In this document: positions 19,666-30,029 of the stretch, in pieces
Layout: each line of letters opens with the position of its first letter
Position numbering within the stretch: the stretch's first letter is position 1
DNA from: an uncultured Anaerolineae bacterium
GTDB taxonomy: Bacteria > Chloroflexota > Anaerolineae > Aggregatilineales > Phototrophicaceae
Direction: 5' to 3'
Assembly: GCA_937995825.1 (NCBI GenBank)
Contig: CALKJO010000016.1
Location: 18,370 to 82,369, forward strand
Length of the DNA stretch: 64,000 nt
Translations under genes and position numbers: made by a program
Notes under the pieces: generated by a model
The model's input: the letters and a program-made list of their open reading frames with translations, nothing else
What the model was told of the DNA's origin: nothing
The model's database searches: none

Positions 19666-21114
19666 TCACCAGCGCTCGATCAGGATTTTCTTGTCGGTGA
19701 AAAACTCAACCGAGTCGAGTCCCTGACCGTGCAGGTCGCCAAAGAACGATTCTTTTTGTCCGCCAAATGGGAAAGAGGCGGTCGCCGCTGCCACGCCGAC
19801 ATTGATGCCGATATTGCCCGCCTGAACGCGGTATTTGAATTCGCGGGCGGCTTTGCCGCTGGTGGTGAACAGACTCGCGGCGTTGCCGTATCGGCTCTTG
19901 TTGATCACTTCAATGGCGGAGTCGAAATCGGGGACATGGATGATCGACAGCACAGGACCGAAAATCTCATCGCGAGCGACGCTCATCTCCGGCGTCACCT
20001 TGTCCAGGATCGTCGGACGGACAAACGATCCCTGCTCATAGCCCTCGACTTTCGCGTCGCGTCCATCGAGGATCGGCTCTGCGCCTTCGGCGATGCCAGC
20101 GCTGATCATGCGCTCGATGCGTTCGCGCGCCTCATCTGAGATGACCGTCCCCATCTGCGTTGTCTCGTCCATGCCGTAGCCGACGCGCAGCGCCGACGCG
20201 CGCCTGACCAGCTCATCGCGCAGCGGCTCATACGCATCTCCGACCGCGACCACCACCGATCCCGCCAGACAGCGCTGCCCCGCGCATCCAAACGCCGATC
20301 CCATGATGTTGGCGACAGTGGCGTTCATGTCGGCATCCGGCATCACAGCGATGTAATTCTTCGCGCCGCCCTGCGCCTGGACGCGCTTGCCATGCCGAGC
20401 GCACGTCTCGTAGACGATCTTGGCGACCGGCGTCGATCCCACAAATGACACGCCGACGATGCCGGGATGTTCCATCACCGCTATCGACGCCTCTTTACCG
20501 CCCAGCACCAGATTGACCACGCCCTCCGGCAGACCAAGTTCGTCCAGGATTTCAAAGAACAGCACCATGCTTAGCGGCGTCTGCGGCGACGGCTTGATGA
20601 TGTAGGTGTTGCCACAGGTGATCGCGGTGGGCAGAAACCAGAGCGGAACCATCAGCGGGAAGTTGAACGGTGTGATCGCCGCGAACACACCGAGCGGCTG
20701 TCGTTCCGCCGTCTCATCGATCCCGCTGCTAATGTCTTCCACCTTGTAGCCGCGCATCAGGCTGGGAACGGTCGCTGCAAAATCGACGCTCTCGATGCCG
20801 CGCCGGACTTCCCCGCGCGCCTCATCGCGGGTTTTGCCGTTCTCCTCCACCACGCACTTTGCCAGGTCTTCAAACCGATCTTCAAGCAGCGCCTTGAGGC
20901 GGTACATGTACTGGACGCGGCTCAGAATCGGCGTGCTGCGCCATTCGGGATAGGCGGCTTGGGCGGCGCGCACCGCAGCATCCACGTCGGCGCGCGTCGA
21001 GTCGGGACAGTGGGCGAGGACTTCGCAGGTGGCGGGGTTGATCACAGGGGTCTGCGCGGACGACGCCGCTTCAACCCATGCACCGCCGATATAGTTTTTC
21101 AAAATCCGTGTCAT
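19666..21114 (-). CDS. mmsA: CoA-acylating methylmalonate-semialdehyde dehydrogenase (MmsA/IolA type)
   Basis: ITPFNFP, FVGST, QGGAKN, FGCAGQRCLA catalytic Cys, EIFGPV, FGDLHGQG..VEFFT. Confidence 0.85.
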   Translation of the reverse strand: MTRILKNYIGGAWVEAASSAQTPVINPATCEVLAHCPDSTRADVDAAVRAAQAAYPEWRSTPILSRVQYMYRLKALLEDRFEDLAKCVVEENGKTRDEARGEVRRGIESVDFAATVPSLMRGYKVEDISSGIDETAERQPLGVFAAITPFNFPLMVPLWFLPTAITCGNTYIIKPSPQTPLSMVLFFEILDELGLPEGVVNLVLGGKEASIAVMEHPGIVGVSFVGSTPVAKIVYETCARHGKRVQAQGGAKNYIAVMPDADMNATVANIMGSAFGCAGQRCLAGSVVVAVGDAYEPLRDELVRRASALRVGYGMDETTQMGTVISDEARERIERMISAGIAEGAEPILDGRDAKVEGYEQGSFVRPTILDKVTPEMSVARDEIFGPVLSIIHVPDFDSAIEVINKSRYGNAASLFTTSGKAAREFKYRVQAGNIGINVGVAAATASFPFGGQKESFFGDLHGQGLDSVEFFTDKKILIERW

Positions 21115-21270
21115 GATATGCTGCTCCACTCAACTTCAATCCATTATTTAAGGCTGCTATGTTATCACATTTCGCGCGCGATTTAGGATTCAATGAGCAT
21201 CGCTTGAATGCGCGTCCTTCCTCGGTCATCATGAAAACAAAAGTATAACGAGATCAAAACAGGATACAAC

Positions 21271-22167
21271 ATGCAGGGAAAAGTCTGCCTGATCACAGGC
21301 GCAACCAATGGGATCGGGCGCGAGACGGCGCTGGCTTTGGCGAAAATGGGCGCAACAGTGGTAATCGCGGGGCGATCAGCGGAGCGGGCGCAGACGACGG
21401 CATCAGCGATCCGTTCGATCACTGGCGCACTGGTCGATCCGCTAGTGGCGGATCTGTCGTCGATGGCGCAGGTGGTCGAGATGGCGGAGGCGTTCAAGGC
21501 AAAGTATGACCGGCTCGATGTGCTGGTCAACAATGCGGGCGCGGTCTTCACCGACCGGCAGGAATCGGTTGACGGCTTCGAGATGACCTTCGCGCTCAAC
21601 CATCTGAGCTATTTCCTGCTCACGGCGCGGCTGCGCGAGCTGCTGATCGCCAGCGGGCGTCCCGGCGCGGCGGCGCGGATCGTCAATGTCGCCTCGGATG
21701 CGCATCGCGGAGCGAAGATGAAATTCGACGACTTACAGTTCAAACAGGGCTACTTCGGCTTCACCGCATACGCTCAATCCAAGCTCGCCAACATCCTGTT
21801 CAGCAATGAGCTGGCGCGCCAGCTTGAAGGGCAGCCGGTGACCTCCAATGCGCTGCATCCTGGCTTCGTCGCCACTGGATTCGGGCGCGGCGGCAGCGGC
21901 GTCGGCGGGACGATGATGAAAGTCGCCATGTCCCTGCTCAGACCGCTCGCCTTGACGCCGGAAAAGGGCGCGCAGACCTCGATCTATCTGGCGTCGTCCC
22001 CAGAGGTCGAGGGTGTTTCGGGCAAATACTTTAACAAGTCGAAGGTGGTCGCGCCGTCTGCGGCGGCGCAGGACATGGACTCGGCGCGCCGGCTGTGGAC
22101 GATCAGCGCGGAACTGACCGCGCCCTGGCTTCAGCCGCAGTCGATGGTCTCACGGATGAATTTGTAG
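21271..22167 (+). CDS. Short-chain dehydrogenase/reductase
   Basis: TGATNGIG, NNAG, YAQSK. Confidence 0.92.
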   Translation: MQGKVCLITGATNGIGRETALALAKMGATVVIAGRSAERAQTTASAIRSITGALVDPLVADLSSMAQVVEMAEAFKAKYDRLDVLVNNAGAVFTDRQESVDGFEMTFALNHLSYFLLTARLRELLIASGRPGAAARIVNVASDAHRGAKMKFDDLQFKQGYFGFTAYAQSKLANILFSNELARQLEGQPVTSNALHPGFVATGFGRGGSGVGGTMMKVAMSLLRPLALTPEKGAQTSIYLASSPEVEGVSGKYFNKSKVVAPSAAAQDMDSARRLWTISAELTAPWLQPQSMVSRMNL

Positions 22168-23027
22168 GCTTCGTAGACGGTCTGAAACTTCGCGCGCGAC
22201 TCGCCCGTCGGCAGCTTGCTGACATCGGGATGCAGTTCGCGCGCGAGCCTGCGAAACGCCGCTTTGACCTGGTCGCAGGGTGCATCGGGTGGCAGCCCGA
22301 GCGTCTGATAGCAGCCGTCGAGCTTGCTGGGCGGGCGCGCAGGTGGGCGCGGCGGCGTGTAAGCGCCGCCCATGCCGGCGGGGATGCCGCCCGGCGCGCC
22401 GCCGGGGATATTGGTATACGCGCCGGTCGTCCAGGTGTGCTGGCGAAACACCTCCTCGCTGGACATGCGCTGTGCCTGGCTCACCTGCTCGCGCTGGCGT
22501 GCGTAGTCGGCGTCTTTCCAGAAGGCTTCACTGCCGAAACTGGCGACCTGCCATTCCCCGCGCAGACTGGCGGGCGCGGTCACCCAAGCGCGGTAGCAGG
22601 GCAAGGCACGGACAGTGACATCGGGACCATACCAGACTTCGCGCTCATCCCCGCGCCCGACTGACTTGAAATGCACCTGCCCGATTTTGTAGCCCGCGCT
22701 GTCGCGCCGAAACGTGTAGATTTTGTCTTTGTAGAGCGCGTGCAATCCGAGCAGCATCTCATCCGGAGCGACTCGGCTGCCATCGGCAGGGACGAGCGCG
22801 GCATCGATCAGATAAAGCGCGCCAATGCCGATCCGAGTGGACTCCTGCAAAGTCCGCTTGACCGCGCGCGGTTTGGGCAGCGCATCGGCGAAGTGGATAT
22901 GGATCAGATTGCCGCCCCAGCTTTGGACGATCAGGTGTCCTTCGCGGGACAGCGCGCACTGACGCACGCTGTGCAGCGACGTGACTTGAAGCGCAACCCA
23001 TCGTTTGAGATCAAATGTGACCGTCAT
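22131..23027 (-). CDS. Class C J-domain protein (C-terminal DnaJ J domain, unknown N-terminal domain)
   Basis: C-terminal YQTLGL...VKAAFRRLARELHPD...FQTVYEAY, preceded by a Gly/Pro-rich linker. Confidence 0.8.
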   Translation of the reverse strand: MTVTFDLKRWVALQVTSLHSVRQCALSREGHLIVQSWGGNLIHIHFADALPKPRAVKRTLQESTRIGIGALYLIDAALVPADGSRVAPDEMLLGLHALYKDKIYTFRRDSAGYKIGQVHFKSVGRGDEREVWYGPDVTVRALPCYRAWVTAPASLRGEWQVASFGSEAFWKDADYARQREQVSQAQRMSSEEVFRQHTWTTGAYTNIPGGAPGGIPAGMGGAYTPPRPPARPPSKLDGCYQTLGLPPDAPCDQVKAAFRRLARELHPDVSKLPTGESRAKFQTVYEAYKFIRETIDCG

Positions 23028-23034
23028 ACTGCCC

Positions 23035-23063
23035 ATTATATGCGAATGAGCGGCGGTTGTCAG
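23035..23063 (-). promoter_or_regulatory. Near-consensus promoter of the J-domain gene
   Basis: Minus strand CTGACA (23063-23058) - 17 nt - TATAAT (23040-23035), 7 nt before ATG 23027. Confidence 0.65.
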
Positions 23064-24190
23064 CGGGTTTTGGTTGGCGCATGGACGATCAGATGCGCCT
23101 CAGTCTCATCCGCGAGACGGCGCAACCAGTCCATGAAGTCCGTGCCGCCCGTGCCGTATGCCTGCGGCGATCTATTGAAGATGTAAGCGCGGGCGAAGCC
23201 GAAATGCGTCCGGCGAAATTCGAGCAGCGCCAGCAGCGCCGAGTCGTAGGCGTCGCATAGGATGGGATCGCGGTTGGCGAGGACGTAGTCCCGAATGGGA
23301 GACGACTTCATCCGGTCGATGAACGCCTGATGGGGTTGGGGCATATACTGGCGCATGTCGATCAAGTGGGCGGTCAGCGCATTCTGCACATGCGCAATGC
23401 CCAAGCCCGCCCCCAATGCTGGGACGACCGAGCTTTGCGCGCCGGTTCCGCCGCGCAGCCTGCGCGGAGCCGGATCGTCCGCGCCCTCAAAGACCACACC
23501 GTTGAAGCCGAAAAAGAACGGGCGGACATGATCGAAATAGATGTCTGGGCGGCACCCTTCGGGCATCCGCCGGAAGGTCTCGGTCATGCCGGTCAAGCCG
23601 CGCGCGATGGCGTCCAGACCGGACTTGACCGCCTGCGCATCGTCGGCTGCGGCAGCATCAGCGGCGCGGCACATGCCCTCCAGCGCCGGCGCAGCCTGCG
23701 CTTCGACCGCGACATGGATCAGCGTGAACCAGCTTTCATCGGCAAAATGGGTGAAATGCAGGATCGGGTCGAGATTTTCGACCGAAAAATCGCCCGCTGG
23801 ATCGCGCCGCCGCCAGTTATTCAGGGTGAAGCCGGCATACGTCAGGATCGGCGGACGGTCGATGCGCGCTGCAACCCGCGACAGCGGCACGGCGATGCTC
23901 GGCGGCAGATGATCGGCGGCGGTCAGATTCGGCGTATGGACATACGCGGTCGCCAGAAACGCATAGACTCGATACCACGCTTCAAGAGTCGGCACGTCGT
24001 CCGTCTGTGGGACATCCGCCAGCGGCAGCGCCGCTAGCCGCGCCCGAATGTCCCCGTTGGCGATCCAGTCCGCAATGGCGCGCGCGGCGCCCTGAATGGC
24101 ATCGGGCAGATCGGGAACATCGCAGTGCGGGTCTGGCGACATCAGCAGCCCGCGATCCGACCAGATACCCCACCCTGCTTCGCTCATCAT
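23060..24190 (-). CDS. Indoleamine 2,3-dioxygenase family heme protein
   Basis: RPPILTYA...NW, ESWFTLIHVAVE, YFDHVRP, GGTGAQSS, YMPQPH (proximal His), GTGGTDFMDWL, all matching IDO family blocks. Start could also be 24214 or 24187. Confidence 0.88.
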   Translation of the reverse strand: MMSEAGWGIWSDRGLLMSPDPHCDVPDLPDAIQGAARAIADWIANGDIRARLAALPLADVPQTDDVPTLEAWYRVYAFLATAYVHTPNLTAADHLPPSIAVPLSRVAARIDRPPILTYAGFTLNNWRRRDPAGDFSVENLDPILHFTHFADESWFTLIHVAVEAQAAPALEGMCRAADAAAADDAQAVKSGLDAIARGLTGMTETFRRMPEGCRPDIYFDHVRPFFFGFNGVVFEGADDPAPRRLRGGTGAQSSVVPALGAGLGIAHVQNALTAHLIDMRQYMPQPHQAFIDRMKSSPIRDYVLANRDPILCDAYDSALLALLEFRRTHFGFARAYIFNRSPQAYGTGGTDFMDWLRRLADETEAHLIVHAPTKTR

Positions 24191-24359
24191 GTCCTCGCTC
24201 GTTAATCTGTTCATAAAACTAGTATGCCATAAAGTTCATGTGTAAACCATGAGACTGCGCGGAGCGCGCAGAGTAAAATCTTTTTCTGAAAAAGTCTTTG
24301 CCTTCTATAGGTTTGAGCTTTTTTGAAGCGTTTGCCCTGCCTTTCCGCACGCGACTCGC

Positions 24360-24388
24360 TTGTCAAGCAGCGCAAAGCGCGCTATAGT
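24360..24388 (+). promoter_or_regulatory. sigma70-type promoter of the sugar ABC operon
   Basis: TTGTCA (24360-24365) - 17 nt - TATAGT (24383-24388). Confidence 0.65.
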
Positions 24389-24433
24389 CCCTGCCAACTG
24401 TTGAAAATATCTTACCTTATCGAGCTTTTTTCC

Positions 24434-25951
24434 ATGAAACCCAGCCCGCTTTTGAAAATGCAGCACATCACGAAACGCTTTCCGGGCGTTCTGGCACTGT
24501 CGGATGTGCATTTTGATGTCGAGTCGGGCGAAGTTCACGCGCTGCTGGGCGAAAACGGCGCGGGCAAATCGACGCTGATGAAAATTCTCTCCGGCGTCTA
24601 TCAGCGCGATGCGGGCGAAATCATTTTCAAGGGGCGTTCGGTTGACTTTGCGACGCCGCGTCAGGCGCAGCTTGCGGGCATCACCACGATCTATCAGGAG
24701 TTGAATCAAATCCCGTATCTGTCGGTGACCGAGAATATCTTTCTCGGCAGCGAGATCGAGCGCGGGGCGTTCCTCGACTGGCGAACGATGCATCGCCAGG
24801 CGCGCGAACTGCTGGCGCGGCTGCATCTGGACATCGATCCGCGCACCCCGATTGCCGATCTCGGCGTTGGGCAGCAGCAGATGGTCGAAGTCGCCAAAGC
24901 GCTGCATCACAAAGCTGACCTGATCATCATGGATGAGCCGACTTCGGCGCTGAGCATCCGCGAGATCGATGATCTGTTCGCCATCATCCGGCAGTTGAAG
25001 GCGGATGGAGTCGCGCTAATCTATATCAGCCACCATCTGGATGAGGCGTTCGAGATCAGCGACCGCATCACCGTGCTGCGCGATGGGCGGCATATCGTCA
25101 CCGTGCCGACGGACACCCTGGACATGGAACGGCTGATCACGCTGATGGTCGGGCGCGATCTGTCCGAGCAGTTCCCCAAAGAACCCGCGCCGCTTGGGGC
25201 GGAAGTGCTGCGCGTTGAGCATCTGACGCAGGGCAAGCGCCTCAAAGACATCAGCTTCAATCTGCACGCGGGCGAAGTGCTGGGCGTGGCGGGGTTGATC
25301 GGCGCAGGGCGGACGGAGCTGGTGCGCGCCATCTTCGGAGCCGACCCGATCGACAGCGGGCGCATCCTGATCGACGGCGTGCCAGTGACGATTCGCAGCC
25401 CGCAAGACGCGATCCGGCACGGGATCGCGCTGCTGACCGAAGACCGCAAGCGCCAGGGCTTGATTCTGGGCATGAACGTCCGTGAGAATACCACGCTGTC
25501 GATCCTAGGCGGGCTGACGCAGGGAATCTTCACAGATCGGCGCAAAGAGAGCGCGATCACGCAGGATTTCATCGACAGCATGGCGATCAAGACGCCCGAT
25601 CAGGATCAGATCGTCTCCAATCTGAGCGGCGGCACGCAGCAGAAAGTCGTGCTGGCGAAATGGATGGCGACCCAGCCCAAAATCCTGATCTTCGATGAGC
25701 CGACGCGCGGGATCGATGTCGGCGCGAAGGTCGAAATCTACAAACTGATGAATACGCTGGCGAAGCAGGGCGTTGCCATCATCATGGTCAGCTCGGAACT
25801 GCCGGAAATTCTGGGCATGAGCGACCGCGTGATGGTGATCCGCGAGGGGCGCGTCACTGGATTTTTGAATCGTGAAGACGCGACTCAGGAGAAGATCATC
25901 ACCTACGCAACCGCCGGCTTGGACAGTCCAGGAGGTGAACCAATCCCATGA
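24434..25951 (+). CDS. Monosaccharide ABC transporter ATP-binding protein (RbsA/MglA type)
   Basis: GENGAGKS, two NBD halves, [27 protein letters not shown]. Confidence 0.95.
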   Translation: MKPSPLLKMQHITKRFPGVLALSDVHFDVESGEVHALLGENGAGKSTLMKILSGVYQRDAGEIIFKGRSVDFATPRQAQLAGITTIYQELNQIPYLSVTENIFLGSEIERGAFLDWRTMHRQARELLARLHLDIDPRTPIADLGVGQQQMVEVAKALHHKADLIIMDEPTSALSIREIDDLFAIIRQLKADGVALIYISHHLDEAFEISDRITVLRDGRHIVTVPTDTLDMERLITLMVGRDLSEQFPKEPAPLGAEVLRVEHLTQGKRLKDISFNLHAGEVLGVAGLIGAGRTELVRAIFGADPIDSGRILIDGVPVTIRSPQDAIRHGIALLTEDRKRQGLILGMNVRENTTLSILGGLTQGIFTDRRKESAITQDFIDSMAIKTPDQDQIVSNLSGGTQQKVVLAKWMATQPKILIFDEPTRGIDVGAKVEIYKLMNTLAKQGVAIIMVSSELPEILGMSDRVMVIREGRVTGFLNREDATQEKIITYATAGLDSPGGEPIP

Positions 25952-27039
25952 CCGAGACGACTCTGCTCCCCGCCAGCCCGCCGCGCCGCTCGACCAATTT
26001 TATCAGTCGGCTGCTGCGCGACACGGGTCCGCTGATCGTGCTGCTGGGGCTGTTCATCCTGCTGTGGATTCTGTCCCCGGCATTTCGCAGCCCAACCAGC
26101 CTGTCGATTCTGATGATGGAGGCGGCGGCCATCGGCATCGTCGCGGCGGGTCAGACCTTCGTCATCCTGACCGGCGGGATCGACCTGTCGGTTGAGGCGA
26201 TGGTCTCGTTTGCGGGAGTGGTGGCGGCGATTCTGATCGCCGGAACCAACCAGGCGGGCGGGCAGATCGCGGAGGGCTTGCCGTCGATCCTGGCGATCCT
26301 GGCGGCGGTGGGAGCGGGCGGTTTGATCGGGATGGTGCAAGGTTTCATCATCACCGGGCTGAAGATCAACCCGTTCATCGTGACGCTCGGCTTCCGGTCG
26401 ATCCTGCTGGGTGTGGCGCTGGTCTGGACGCGCGGCGCAGGCATCAACATCGCCAAAGACGATTTTCTGAATTTCGTCACCAGCTTCATTCGCATCGATC
26501 TGGGCGCGCTGGAGAGCATCGTCGGCATCAGTCAGCTTCGCATCCCGATGCCGTTCGTGATCGCAGTCGTCATCTATGCGGTGGTGTGGGTGGTGCTGCG
26601 GCACACCAAGTTCGGGCGCTACACCTACGCGCTCGGCGGCAATGAGACGGCGGCGCGGCTCTCCGGGGTGAATGTGGATCGCACCAAGATCATGATCTAT
26701 GCTATCAGCGGGCTGCTGGCGGCGATCAGCGGCGTGCTGGTGATGGGGCGCTTGCAGTCGGGCGCATATCAGAACGGCACCAATATGACGCTGATCTCGG
26801 TGGCGGCGGTCGTCATCGGCGGCACGGCGCTGTCGGGCGGGATCGGCGGTATTTGGGGGACACTGGTCGGTGTGCTGATCATCCGCATCGTCGAGCAGGG
26901 CTTGGTCTACCTGAACGTGCCGTCGAATGCCAAAGAGATCGTGATCGGCGCGATTATTGTGATGGCGGTGGCGCTCGACGTGGTGCGGCGCGGTGAGGTG
27001 AAATGGCTGCGCTTCGGCAGAAGATCGAGTCCGACTTAA
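25948..27039 (+). CDS. Monosaccharide ABC transporter permease (RbsC type)
   Basis: [38 protein letters not shown]. Confidence 0.95.
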   Translation: MTETTLLPASPPRRSTNFISRLLRDTGPLIVLLGLFILLWILSPAFRSPTSLSILMMEAAAIGIVAAGQTFVILTGGIDLSVEAMVSFAGVVAAILIAGTNQAGGQIAEGLPSILAILAAVGAGGLIGMVQGFIITGLKINPFIVTLGFRSILLGVALVWTRGAGINIAKDDFLNFVTSFIRIDLGALESIVGISQLRIPMPFVIAVVIYAVVWVVLRHTKFGRYTYALGGNETAARLSGVNVDRTKIMIYAISGLLAAISGVLVMGRLQSGAYQNGTNMTLISVAAVVIGGTALSGGIGGIWGTLVGVLIIRIVEQGLVYLNVPSNAKEIVIGAIIVMAVALDVVRRGEVKWLRFGRRSSPT

Positions 27040-27119
27040 AGCAGGCGATCCATCCGGGGAACGCTCTCCGGCGTCTTGGATTGAGGATTTCTTTACTCAA
27101 AAACAGGAGTTAGCACAAG

Positions 27120-28187
27120 ATGGCTCGTAAAGTCAGTTTGGCGGTCGTGCTGATGCTGGCGCTCAGCATCAGCGTCGGTTTTGTTCAGGGTCAGGAGGGG
27201 ACGCCGCGCCGCGTCGGGTTTGTGCCGCCGGCGCTGACCAGTCCGTTCCATGTGGCGATGGTCGAAGGCGCGCAGGCGCGCGCGGACGAACTCGGTTGGG
27301 AACTGGTCGTGCAGGCTCCCGCCAGCGAAGGCGATTTCCAGGCGTTCGTGACGACGGTCGAGCAGCTTCTGGAGACCGGCGTTGAGGCGATCAGCATCAA
27401 CCCCATCGGCACGGACTCGGCGATCACGGCGGTGCGCGCCGCCAATGAGCGCGGCATTCCGATCCTGGCGCACAACTTCATCACGCCGTTCGAGGATGAG
27501 GCGCTCGAAGTCGCGTCTTACATCGGCTATGACCAGTGGGGCGGCGCGGAAGCGCTGGCAGCCTATACCTGCGAGCTGATCGCAGGCAAGACAGGGATGT
27601 CGGTTGAGGAGACGACCGGCAAGGTCTACATCCTGCTCGGCATCGAGAGCATCTTCTCGCGCCGGCGCACGGGCGGCTTCATCGCTGGCTTGGAGAAGAA
27701 CTGCCCGAATGTCGAAGTCGTCGGTCAGCAGTCGGCGGAATGGCTGCGGACGCGTGGACAGGAAGTTGCCTCGGTTGCGCTTCAGCAGAACCCGGACATC
27801 GACGTGTTCTACGGCAACAGCGATGAGATGGCGATTGGTGCGGCACTGGCGGCGGAGCAGCTCGGTCTGGTCATCAATGAGGACTTCTTCGCAGTTGGCA
27901 TCGACGGCAATCAGCCGACGCTCGATCTGCTCGCGCAGGGCAAATTCAGCGCCACGCTCGGCGTCGATCCGTTCCGCATGGGCGTGACCGTGATTGACAC
28001 GATGGCGGCGATCTTTGCGGGCGAAGAAGTCCCGCAGATTCTGCTCACCCCGTCGGTGGTGGTGACGCCGGACAATCTGGAAGCGTATCTGGCGGGCGAG
28101 CTGTGGACTGAGCCGGTCGCGGGCTTCCCCGAACTGGACAACGACATGCCGACCGTCCCCGAAGAGGAGATCGAGTCTTCCAGCTAA
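27120..28187 (+). CDS. Sugar ABC transporter substrate-binding protein (RbsB-like)
   Basis: Signal peptide without Cys; [35 protein letters not shown]. Confidence 0.9.
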   Translation: MARKVSLAVVLMLALSISVGFVQGQEGTPRRVGFVPPALTSPFHVAMVEGAQARADELGWELVVQAPASEGDFQAFVTTVEQLLETGVEAISINPIGTDSAITAVRAANERGIPILAHNFITPFEDEALEVASYIGYDQWGGAEALAAYTCELIAGKTGMSVEETTGKVYILLGIESIFSRRRTGGFIAGLEKNCPNVEVVGQQSAEWLRTRGQEVASVALQQNPDIDVFYGNSDEMAIGAALAAEQLGLVINEDFFAVGIDGNQPTLDLLAQGKFSATLGVDPFRMGVTVIDTMAAIFAGEEVPQILLTPSVVVTPDNLEAYLAGELWTEPVAGFPELDNDMPTVPEEEIESSS

Positions 28188-28202
28188 TCGACGGCTGATC
28201 GG

Positions 28203-30029
28203 TTAGGGCTTCTGAATGCGGACAGCCGCCAGAAGGTGGCTGTCCGCGCTGTCGATCTGCGCCCGTTCAGCGCCTGCATACCAGCCGATCAGGATGGCAT
28301 ATTCGCCGGCGGGCGCGTCCACCGCCAATCGGACGCGGTGCTGGCTGGTCACAGTGCTGCCAGGCTGCCAGCTGGACGATGGGAGTTGGGGCGGCGCGTC
28401 CCCCTGCGCAGCTGGCGGCTGATCGAGCGCGTCGGATGGGACGAGATGGACAAAGACCGTCCAGTCCTGCGCTGTCGCCCGCAACGGCGTCCAGGTCAGG
28501 TTGAGGATGATCTCCCCACCCGACCAGATCGGCGCGGCGCTGATGGCGGCGGCGGACAATTCGACCAACGGCGCGCCGTCGAGCGTCCAGCGCGCTTGAG
28601 AGATCGTCAGATCGTCGAGGACGCGCAGATCGCGGCGCTGATAGACAGTCATCGGCGAGAATTCGGGGTCATCCGCGCCGCCGAACCCCGCCAGCGCGCT
28701 GTATTCTGCCTGAAACGGGTCGCGCTCGGTGTAATCCCAGAGGAAATACTGCGTCGTCAGGATGAGATCGGGCTGAAAGGCGTTGGTGGCATATTCCGGC
28801 GTCCTGACCGGCAGATCGGGGACGATCAGCCCGAACGAGTCGATAGTGTGCCGGCGCGCATAATAGCCTGCGATGCCCAAATCGGCGACCAGCAGCGTCG
28901 AGTCGGGTGGGGTGTGCGCGTCGATCCAGCGTCCGGCATCGCGGTAGACCGCCATGCGCGGCGGCGGCGCGTGCAAGCCGTAAGCGAGGATGCTGTTGTA
29001 CACCATGACTGCCAGCGCCGCCAGCAGCGCGAACTGCCGATCCGATGCGGGCAGCCTGGTTACGAAGCGCGCTCCACCGATGACTGCCAGGAGGATCAGC
29101 GCGGTCGCCAGCGGCGTGTAATACCAGAAATTGCTGACGTTGAGCGCCGTGTAGCCGAGCAGATACAGCCCAGCCCAGACCGCGACCGGGCGCAGACCGG
29201 AGTCGCGCAGCGCCGCCACCGCGCCGATGAAGATCAGCGGCAGCGCCAGCCAGTTGAGCGAATTCGCCCCGAAAAAGCTCATCCAGCGCTCGAATCCCTC
29301 GGTCAGAAAGGCGATCCCGCTCAGCAGTGCCTGTTTTGCGCCGAAGGTGTTGGGCAGTGGTGACCCGAAGTACGCCCACGCGAACAGAAACCAGGGCGCG
29401 ATGCAGACCGCGTAGATGATCCCCAGCCGGATCGCGGGCATGAGCGCAATGCGTCTCTCAGCCGTGAATAATGCCAGCAGGCACAGTGTGACGCCGAGGA
29501 CGACGCCATCTGCGCGCGCCCAGGTGAGCGCCGCCGCCGCGACCATCGCCCAGGCGCGCTGTCCGCGTCTCCAGAGCAGAAAAGCGGCGCAGAGCAGCGC
29601 GCAGTAGAGCAGCGTTTCCATCCCGAATGAAGCGTAATGCAGCGGCGATGTCGCGATCATGGCGGCGGCGGTGGCTCCGGCGAGTCCAGCGCCCATCAGC
29701 GTAAACGCCAGCACACACGTCACAGCGAGACAGACCGCGCTGAGCAGATTGCCCGCGTGCAGCACATCGGACGTGATTCGGTGGACGCCCGCCATGATCA
29801 GCGTCCACAGCGGTGTGGTCGTCCCCTGCACCGCTTCGCCGGGGTTAAACACAAACCCAACTCCATTGGCGAGGTTGCGGGCATAAACGTAGGTGATAAA
29901 CACGTCGTCCTGCACGTAATCGCGGAAGGCGACTGCGAGCAGGACGAGCGCGAGCAGCCCCAGACCGAGGACGATCCGAGGTGACGGATCAGTCGCCTGA
30001 AGGAGCTGGTTGAGCCTAAGGTTTTGCAT
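28203..30029 (-). CDS. GT-C fold polytopic glycosyltransferase-like protein with C-terminal Ig-like domain
   Basis: QDDVFITYVYARNL...G.VFNPGE...GTTTPLW, GMET, many TM helices; C-terminal DWTVFVHL..AQGD..W.PG..GEY..IGWY. Confidence 0.7.
   Translation of the reverse strand: MQNLRLNQLLQATDPSPRIVLGLGLLALVLLAVAFRDYVQDDVFITYVYARNLANGVGFVFNPGEAVQGTTTPLWTLIMAGVHRITSDVLHAGNLLSAVCLAVTCVLAFTLMGAGLAGATAAAMIATSPLHYASFGMETLLYCALLCAAFLLWRRGQRAWAMVAAAALTWARADGVVLGVTLCLLALFTAERRIALMPAIRLGIIYAVCIAPWFLFAWAYFGSPLPNTFGAKQALLSGIAFLTEGFERWMSFFGANSLNWLALPLIFIGAVAALRDSGLRPVAVWAGLYLLGYTALNVSNFWYYTPLATALILLAVIGGARFVTRLPASDRQFALLAALAVMVYNSILAYGLHAPPPRMAVYRDAGRWIDAHTPPDSTLLVADLGIAGYYARRHTIDSFGLIVPDLPVRTPEYATNAFQPDLILTTQYFLWDYTERDPFQAEYSALAGFGGADDPEFSPMTVYQRRDLRVLDDLTISQARWTLDGAPLVELSAAAISAAPIWSGGEIILNLTWTPLRATAQDWTVFVHLVPSDALDQPPAAQGDAPPQLPSSSWQPGSTVTSQHRVRLAVDAPAGEYAILIGWYAGAERAQIDSADSHLLAAVRIQKP

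Noticed and set aside
21156-21172. TCACATTT half-site upstream of mmsA/SDR
   Set aside because: Only one CRP-like half is present; the other half does not match.
19258-28187. Possible inositol catabolic cluster (IolA-like dehydrogenase, cupin, sugar ABC)
   Set aside because: No iolB/C/D/E/G genes are visible, and the genes are split across strands by unrelated ORFs.
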